From Paramoeba atlantica (lineage: Eukaryota; Protista; Discosea), in assembly GCA_977017575.1 (NCBI GenBank), contig CDRNVI010000047.1:124001-188000 (forward strand): a DNA stretch of 64,000 nucleotides, read 5' to 3'. This document shows, piece after piece, positions 57,888-64,000 of this stretch (the stretch's first letter is position 1; each line of letters starts with the position of its first letter). The notes beneath the pieces were generated by a model, which had not been told where the DNA came from, made no database searches, and saw only the letters and a list, made by a program, of their open reading frames with translations. A program made the position numbers and the translations under genes.

Positions 57888-58508
57888 ATGTCGCCCCCCG
57901 GGTTACACACACCCTTAACCTTACCTCTTCCCCCGTGTCTTCCTCTCCCACACAACCACAACCCCTACAGCACACCAGCATCTCCCAACAACGCACGCAC
58001 CCCCTTAACCTTACCTCTTCCCCTTCTTCTCCACTTCGCCCTCTCCACGGCCTCCGGTGACATCCGCGGCCTCCTCGCCCACCGCCATGCCACCGGCCTC
58101 GGCGTCACCCGCAGCTGTGGCCGGGCCGCCGCGCTGTACCGGCAAGCCGCCGCCCCCCTCCCCCACGCCTACACACCTACGTGGTCCCACGCAGCGCAGG
58201 GGGTGACGCTGTTGCACAGGGAGACAAGGGTGCAGGAGGCACAGAAGGTGGTGGGCAGGGAAATGGGGGACTGCGGCATCGAATGAGGCCTTAGGAGGGG
58301 AAGGTAACAAGGGAAACGGTCCCGCGCTGCGGTCGTTGGGGTACGCCTACATGTTGCCGTTGGATTATGAGGGCTGGAGCAGCATGGGGTGGCCGCGGTG
58401 GGGTATTTGAAGCAGGCGGTAGAGAAGGGTTCGGGGCATTGGGAAAAATCTATGCGAGAGGGAGTGTGGCCGTGGAGCGAAATTTTACAGCCGCATGGGG
58501 GTATATTT
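57888..58508 (+). pseudogene. SEL1L/Hrd3-like Sel1-repeat pseudogene, truncated at a foldback element
   Basis: AHRHATGLGVTRSCGRAAALYRQAA, GNGPALRSLGYAYM, YLKQAVEKG and GALGKIYARGSVAVERNFTAAWGY occur in different frames. Confidence 0.7.
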
Positions 58509-59509
58509 TAGGCTCTTCGTTAAACGCGGTGGTTTTCAACTTAGAAGTCACTTATGCTGCGCGCTTCGCCTTGAAAACTACCACCGCGTATAACGAAGAG
58601 CCTAAAAAAGTAAAATCGTCAAAAGATCGTGAATAATATTTTTTTATCCCGGATTTAGGCCGTTTTGATGCCTTACGAGTATGGGTAGGAGGCGAATCTG
58701 CCGAAAAAAACGTCGTAGAATGGTAGCTGAGGTCCCAAACTCTTAAAATACTATCCCCCCCTATCCTAGCGTTGTCCCGGTACCCCCCCTTATTGCGGTG
58801 GTTGTATAATTACCGCTCTACCGATTGTTGAAAAAAAAAGTGAACAAAAACAGTGAAAATATAAAGAGAAAAACAGTAATAAATAGAAGAAAAATTATAA
58901 TAGAAGAAAAAAATGTAAAAGGGGGCTCCTGTGGTCCAAAACTGAAAAACAAGATTGAAAAAAATGGGGGGTCCAGGGGGAGCATACGTCGCGAATTTTT
59001 TTTTAGAATTTTCTGATTTTCAAAATCGAGCTCCGGGAAGTGGTAGAGTAGGCCGCGGCGATAATTTTCCACCCCACCTAGGGGTACCCCCCCCCCCTGG
59101 TACGCGCAGGACGGGTCCGATAAGACCAAAATTTCCGAATTTTTTGGGGTGACCAAAAATGTTTTTTTTGACCCAAAAAAAGGTAAAATATTATTTTTCC
59201 AAAATCGACTCCTAAAACGTATTTTAAGAGCTTGAGGCCCCAGCTACCATTCCACGACGTTTTTTTCGACCGATTCGCCTCTTAGCCCTACTGGCAAGGC
59301 ATCCAAAACGGCCCAAATTCGGGTTAAAAATTCGCATTTTTTGCCGAAAAATCGAGGTTTTTCCCCCCGAAAAATAGATTATGCATGATCTTTTCGCGAT
59401 TTTTCTTTCTTAGGCTCTTCGTTAAACGCGGTGGTAGTTTTCAACGCGAATCGCGCAGCATGAGTGACTTCTAAGCTGAAAACAACCACCGCGTTTAACG
59501 AAGAGCCTA
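58509..59509. mobile_element. 1-kb foldback element: palindrome A at both ends, ~250-bp imperfect TIRs, internal B-type fragment
   Basis: 58605-58750 is an inverted homologue of ~59220-59410. The two A copies are in opposite orientation. Confidence 0.8.
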
Positions 59510-59915
59510 AGAAATTAGCGTTGCTTTTGAACAGTCCGTCCTGCGAAGCGGCAATTATTTTTCTTTTATTTTTTTTCATTCATTTCTTGTGGTCATATTC
59601 TTCCCAAAATATGAAATTATTATCTTCGAAATAATTTCATTTTGAGTCGCTTCGTTAACCCAAGTGCACAGAACATAATTTTATGAAGTCTTCCTTTTAC
59701 GAACGCTTGCTTGTGTGATGGAACATAATTTTCTAATGAAATTATCAAAATATAATTTGATTGCATCATTTTTTAATCCTTTTAATTAGACATGGCCCGG
59801 CTAAAGTCAATTAGACCAGTCTCTTGTCCACAACACTTGATCGCATTCACACTCCTCATCGCATCCCTTGCCGCATCCATAGCTGCAGGATTATTAATAA
59901 TTCAGTTCGGTAATA

Positions 59916-60118
59916 ACCCAGATTGAAAGGTGCGAGGGAGATACGAAGCAACAGGAGTGGCAGATTCCCACTGAAAAGAAATGGTATCTCCCCGCACGAG
60001 AAAAGCCTTTGCGCTTTCTAGCTCGGAGACAAACTTCGTGCGGGAGATACCATTTCTTTTCAGTGGGGATCTGCCACGCCCGTTGCTTCGTATCTCCCTC
60101 TCCCCTTTCAATATGGGT
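59916..60118. mobile_element. Foldback/hairpin MITE family F, copy 2 (~88-bp stem)
   Basis: ta|acccagattgaaaggtgcgagggagatacgaagcaac ... gttgcttcgtatctccctctcccctttcaatatgggt|ta. Confidence 0.88.
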
Positions 60119-60344
60119 TATACGGCGGGCCGTTCGAGGCGGTGTAGACCCGCTGGCGCGGGTGGTGCTTTACCTCGTGACAAGTAATCTTGAAGGAAAC
60201 AAGCTTCTGAAATCTTTTTCTTGAAGTATGACCCTGCTCGTTTTTTTTCTCTACATATATACAAAATGCAAACCGTGTTTTTGGTGGCCAGCTGGCCACT
60301 TTTCGACGAAGCACAAACCGTGTTTTTGGTGGCCAGCTGGCCAC

Positions 60345-60530
60345 CCTTCCACAACATGGCCAGCTGGCCACCCTTCCACAAATTGGCCACTTCTAAAACA
60401 TGGTCACTTCCACAACATGGCCACTTCCAAAACATGGTCACTTCCACAACATGGCCAGCTGGCCACCCTTCCACAACATGGCCAGCTGGCCACCCTTCCA
60501 CAACATGGCCAGCTGGCCACTCTTCCACAA
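60345..60530. repeat. 27-bp tandem repeat (ccacaacatggccagctggccaccctt)
   Basis: Several perfect and degenerate copies built on the palindrome TGGCCAGCTGGCCA. Confidence 0.9.
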
Positions 60531-60574
60531 CACTCTCCCACCCCCGTGGGACTCACTCAGTGGACTCACTCAAC

Positions 60575-61855
60575 GTGAGTCACTGCCCCACGTGGCAGTA
60601 CACTTACTCTCTCACGTGCCACTGTATCTACACTGCAGTCGCTGCCTCACGTGACACTACTCTTACTCTCGCACGTGCCAATGCAGCTGCACTGCGATCA
60701 CTGCCTCACGTGGCAGTACTCTCACTCTCTCACGTGCTACTGCAGCTACACTGCAGTCACTGCCTCACGTGGCACTACTCTTACTCTCGCACGTGCCACT
60801 GCAGCTACACTGCATCACTGCCTCACGGGGCACTGCTCTCACTCTCTCACGTGCCACTGTAGGTACAGTGCCGATGCAGTCACTGCCTCACGTGGCAGTA
60901 CTCTCACTCTCTCACGTGCTACTGCAGCTACACTGCATCACTGCAGTCACTGCCTCACGTGGCACTGCCTGTCACTCTGCCACTGTATCTACACTGCAAT
61001 CACTGCCTCACGTGACAGTACACTTACTCTCTCACGTGCTACTGCAGCTGCACTGCATCACTGCAGTCACTGCCTCACGTGGCAGTACACTTACTCTCTC
61101 ACGTGCTACTGCAGCTGCACTGCATCACTGCAGTCACTGCCTCACGTGGCAGTAATCTTACTCTCTCACGTGCCACTGTATCTACACTGCAGTCGCTGCC
61201 TCACGTGGCACTACTCTTACTCTCTCACGTGCTACTGCAGCTACACTGCATCACTGCAGTCACTGCCTCACATGGCAGTGCACTTACTCTCGCACGTGCC
61301 ACTGCAGCTGCACTGCATCACTGCAGTCACTGCCTCACATGGCAGTGCACTTACTCTGGCACGTGCCACTGCAGCTGCACTGCATCACTGCAGTGACTGC
61401 CTCACATGGCAGTGCACTTACTCTCTCATGTGCCACTGCAGCTACACTGCATCACTGCAGTCACTGCCTCACATGGCAGTGCACTTACTCTGGCACGTGC
61501 CACTGCAGCTGCACTGCATCACTGCAGTCACTGCCTCACATGGCAGTGCACTTACTCTCTCATGTGCCACTGCAGCTACACTGCATCACTGCAGTCACTG
61601 CCTCACATGGCAGTGCACTTACTCTGGCACGTGCCACTGCAGCTGCACTGCATCACTGCAGTCACTGCCTCACATGGCAGTGCACTTACTCTCTCATGTG
61701 CCACTGCAGCTACACTGCATCACTGCAGTCACTGCCTCACATGGCAGTGCACTTACTCTGGCACGTGCCACTGCAGCTGCACTGCATCACTGTGCAATCA
61801 CTGCCTCACGTGGCACTGCTCTCACTCTCTCAAGGGCCACTGTAGCTACACACTG
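60575..61855. repeat. 67-bp minisatellite with an alternating 134-bp dimer in its homogeneous part
   Basis: (c/g)actgcctca at 61261, 61328, 61395 and onward. Units alternate ctctcatgtgcc/ctac and ctggcacgtgcc/ctgc. Confidence 0.93.
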
Positions 61856-62023
61856 TACCACTCGGACCTGCACATTATTTTTCTCTCTATATATATACAA
61901 AATGCAAACCGTGTTTTTGGTGGCCAGCTGGCCACTTTTTTCAAGAAAAAAAAATCTAAAAAAAAATCGTTCCGAATTTGTTTTTTTCGCGATTTTGAGC
62001 ATATAATTTTTTTTGTTCAAAAG

Positions 62024-62097
62024 TGTCGATGCCGGGAATCGAACCGCGGACATCCAGCGTCAAAATGGAACCCCTTTACCAACTGGACTACTCAAAG
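62024..62097 (-). pseudogene. Degenerate tRNA-like element with Pol III A box, B box and T4 terminator
   Basis: Minus strand: TAGTCCAGTTGG (A box), GGTTCGATTCC (B box), then TTTT. Acceptor and T stems pair poorly; the anticodon is ambiguous (TTG or TGA). Confidence 0.6.
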
Positions 62098-62844
62098 GAC
62101 TCTCCTTAGTCAACCAGTTTGTCGTATCGCAGACCTTTGCAGACGCACTTTTTTTTACCAAAAGTGTTCTACAATTTGGGAAATGAGGTCGTTGTAGATG
62201 ATTTTTCGAGTATTAAAGAGTTCATCTAATGAGCTACTGCTACGTTTTAAAATTTTGAAAAAACTCGATCTCTCGCTTTTTTGAGGGGCATTTTCAAGTT
62301 TTGGAATTAACCTTAGTAAGCGAGTTAGATACTCCGTATCTCCCTCAATAATTATTATTAATAGATTATTAATAAATTATTAATAGTTTATTAATAAATT
62401 ATTATTGGGCTTTTACACTCAAATTTCTCCCCCTTAATTTTGTACCAAACAGTATTTTCATGCCGAAAAGGAGCATTGATGGAGATCTCCTTATGGAGTC
62501 GATGCTGATGCTTCGAGCATCATTATATGCACCTCAACCTACGCGGGAAGTAGGAGCCTACGCCTGACGCAGGTAAATGGGCTGTACCAACAACAACTCC
62601 TTGTGGAGTGCTGATATCGAGAGCCGGGAAATGCCAAACTCTGTATTTGTATGATGTGTAGCAACGAAAATGAGCTTTCTGGATCTCCTGGCGGTCTTCC
62701 CTGGTGCTGCCATCATACTGCTGCAAATGACGCCGACCATATGTCTACATGCGAGGGGCTCCTCATGTGTCACTCGCAGCCCCTCGTGTAAATGCATATT
62801 GAATTATTAATAATATTAATGGTTTGATTTTTTGAATAATAAAT

Positions 62845-63789
62845 TAGGCTCTTCGTTAAACGCGGTGGTTGTTTTCAACTTAGAAGTCACTCATGCTGCG
62901 CGCTTCGCGTTGAAAACTACCGCGGCGTTTAACGAAGAGCCTAAAAAAGAAAATTTAGCCTGGAAAACGGAAAGATTGTAGCCAAAAATAGCCGAATTTC
63001 GGGTAAAAATGGGGTGATTTTCGCGTATTTTTGCTGTCAGAGCACTAAATCCGACATTTGCGCATGGGAAATCACTCGTAGGCATGAATGAAAGCCTACC
63101 GAACGTATTGGGTAGAGAATGCGACTCCAACCATACCAATCTTTCGACACAAAAATGCCCCTTTAGGTCCGAAAAATACTTTTTCACCTTTTTTAGTCAA
63201 AAATGGGTCATTTTGAGGGGCGCACCACGGTTAGAAGAAGGGATACCTTGCGAAAGCAACTGCGGAGAAAGCTAGTGTAGGTCCCAAACTATCAAAATAC
63301 AATAGGGGAAACGATTTTGGAAAAATATTTTTCTTGCCATTTTTTTTGCCAAGTTGAATTTTTTTTCAAAAATTTTTTTCCGAAAAAATCCGAACTTGGC
63401 GGACCCGTCCTGCGGATACGCGGGGGGGTCACCCCCGGGTAGGGGGGTGGAAAATGCGCGCCAAGACCCCGGCTACCCTTTCTGCGTTTTTTTTTCGAAA
63501 ACTAATTTTTTTGAAAAAATTTGCTCGACCATGACCCCCCCCCTGGACCCCCCCCTGGACCCCCCCTCTGGACCCCCCCCCATGGAACCCCCCTGGACCC
63601 CCCCCCTGGACCCCCCCCCATGGACCCCCCTTTTTTTTCAAATTTATTTTTCAGTTTTGGTCCACCGGAGCCCCCTTTTATATTTTTTTCTTCTATTATA
63701 TTACTTTGTTCCCCTTTATATTTTCACTGTTTTTGTTCACCTTTTTTTCAATAATCGAGTGTAGAGCGGTAGTTTTACAACCACCGCAA
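62845..63789 (+). mobile_element. Element B, full-length copy with an expanded CCCCCTGGA tract (~63535-63630)
   Basis: Starts with palindrome A and ends gcggtagttttacaaccaccgcaa|ta. Homologous to 38526-39391. Confidence 0.85.
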
Positions 63790-64000
63790 TAATGATAAAA
63801 TACTTGGTCAATTTTGCCTGAGATTGCCTTTTTGGACCGTTGCATCTTTTGGGTACAGGGGCCCATGTGCGTAGAAAATATTTTTCCCTATCTGCTTGTG
63901 TTCTAAACTAACGCTATCCCCACATTTTATTTGAATTCGACATTATGTGCAACCTGTGGAATTGTTCAACTTTGACATAAACGGCCCTGTATTATAAACC

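Noticed and set aside
44491-58508. ERAD gene cluster (EDEM, AAA ATPase, SEL1L)
   Set aside because: The ATPase looks AFG2-like rather than Cdc48, SEL1L is broken, and unrelated genes intervene.
60118-62197. His/Cys-rich ORFs over the 27-bp and 67-bp repeats
   Set aside because: The 67-bp unit is not a multiple of 3, so peptides cycle through frames. This is a repeat artefact.
63906-63917. AACTAACGCTAT, the first 12 nt of the kinetoplastid spliced leader
   Set aside because: The conserved CAGTTTCTGTA core and the GT donor do not follow. It is probably chance or a tiny relic; not called as an SL RNA gene.

Overview
Eukaryotic genomic DNA, most likely from a kinetoplastid (Perkinsela/prokinetoplastid-like). 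This is an inference from intronless genes all on the + strand, polypyrimidine-AG sites just before start codons, a multi-domain Tc38/RBP38 protein, an organellar PPR protein, a kinetoplastid-style LLGG-KAKKKK S27a and LRR-only proteins. Bases 1-18711 are about 106 copies of a 177-bp, ~53% GC satellite with layered higher-order structure. Its last unit is interrupted by a 1.3-kb C-rich (CCCCCTGGA-type) block flanked by a 21-bp exact duplication. From 20 to 58 kb there is one co-directional gene cluster: 4 LRR paralogues, S27a, PPR, SR-alpha, RPA3, a carbonyl-reductase-like SDR, a Tc38-family protein, a bacterial-type pRiA4b ORF3 protein, an EDEM-like GH47, an AFG2-like AAA ATPase, the PP4 catalytic subunit and Sel1-repeat pseudogene fragments. 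The intergenic DNA is densely packed with at least 8 families of non-autonomous, mostly TA-flanked inverted-repeat or foldback elements, nested up to 4 deep. No transposase gene is visible. The most unusual observations are: (i) three simple-repeat-containing inserts bounded by long direct duplications (17, 21 and 49 bp); (ii) an S27a gene whose ubiquitin-like domain is still an open frame but has no AUG; (iii) abundant DNA-transposon-like MITEs and ~100-bp palindromic termini in a lineage whose model species lack class II elements; (iv) a five-domain Tc38/ArdC-N protein and a bacterial pRiA4b-ORF3 gene with an added basic tail. All calls were made by eye; no database searches were run.
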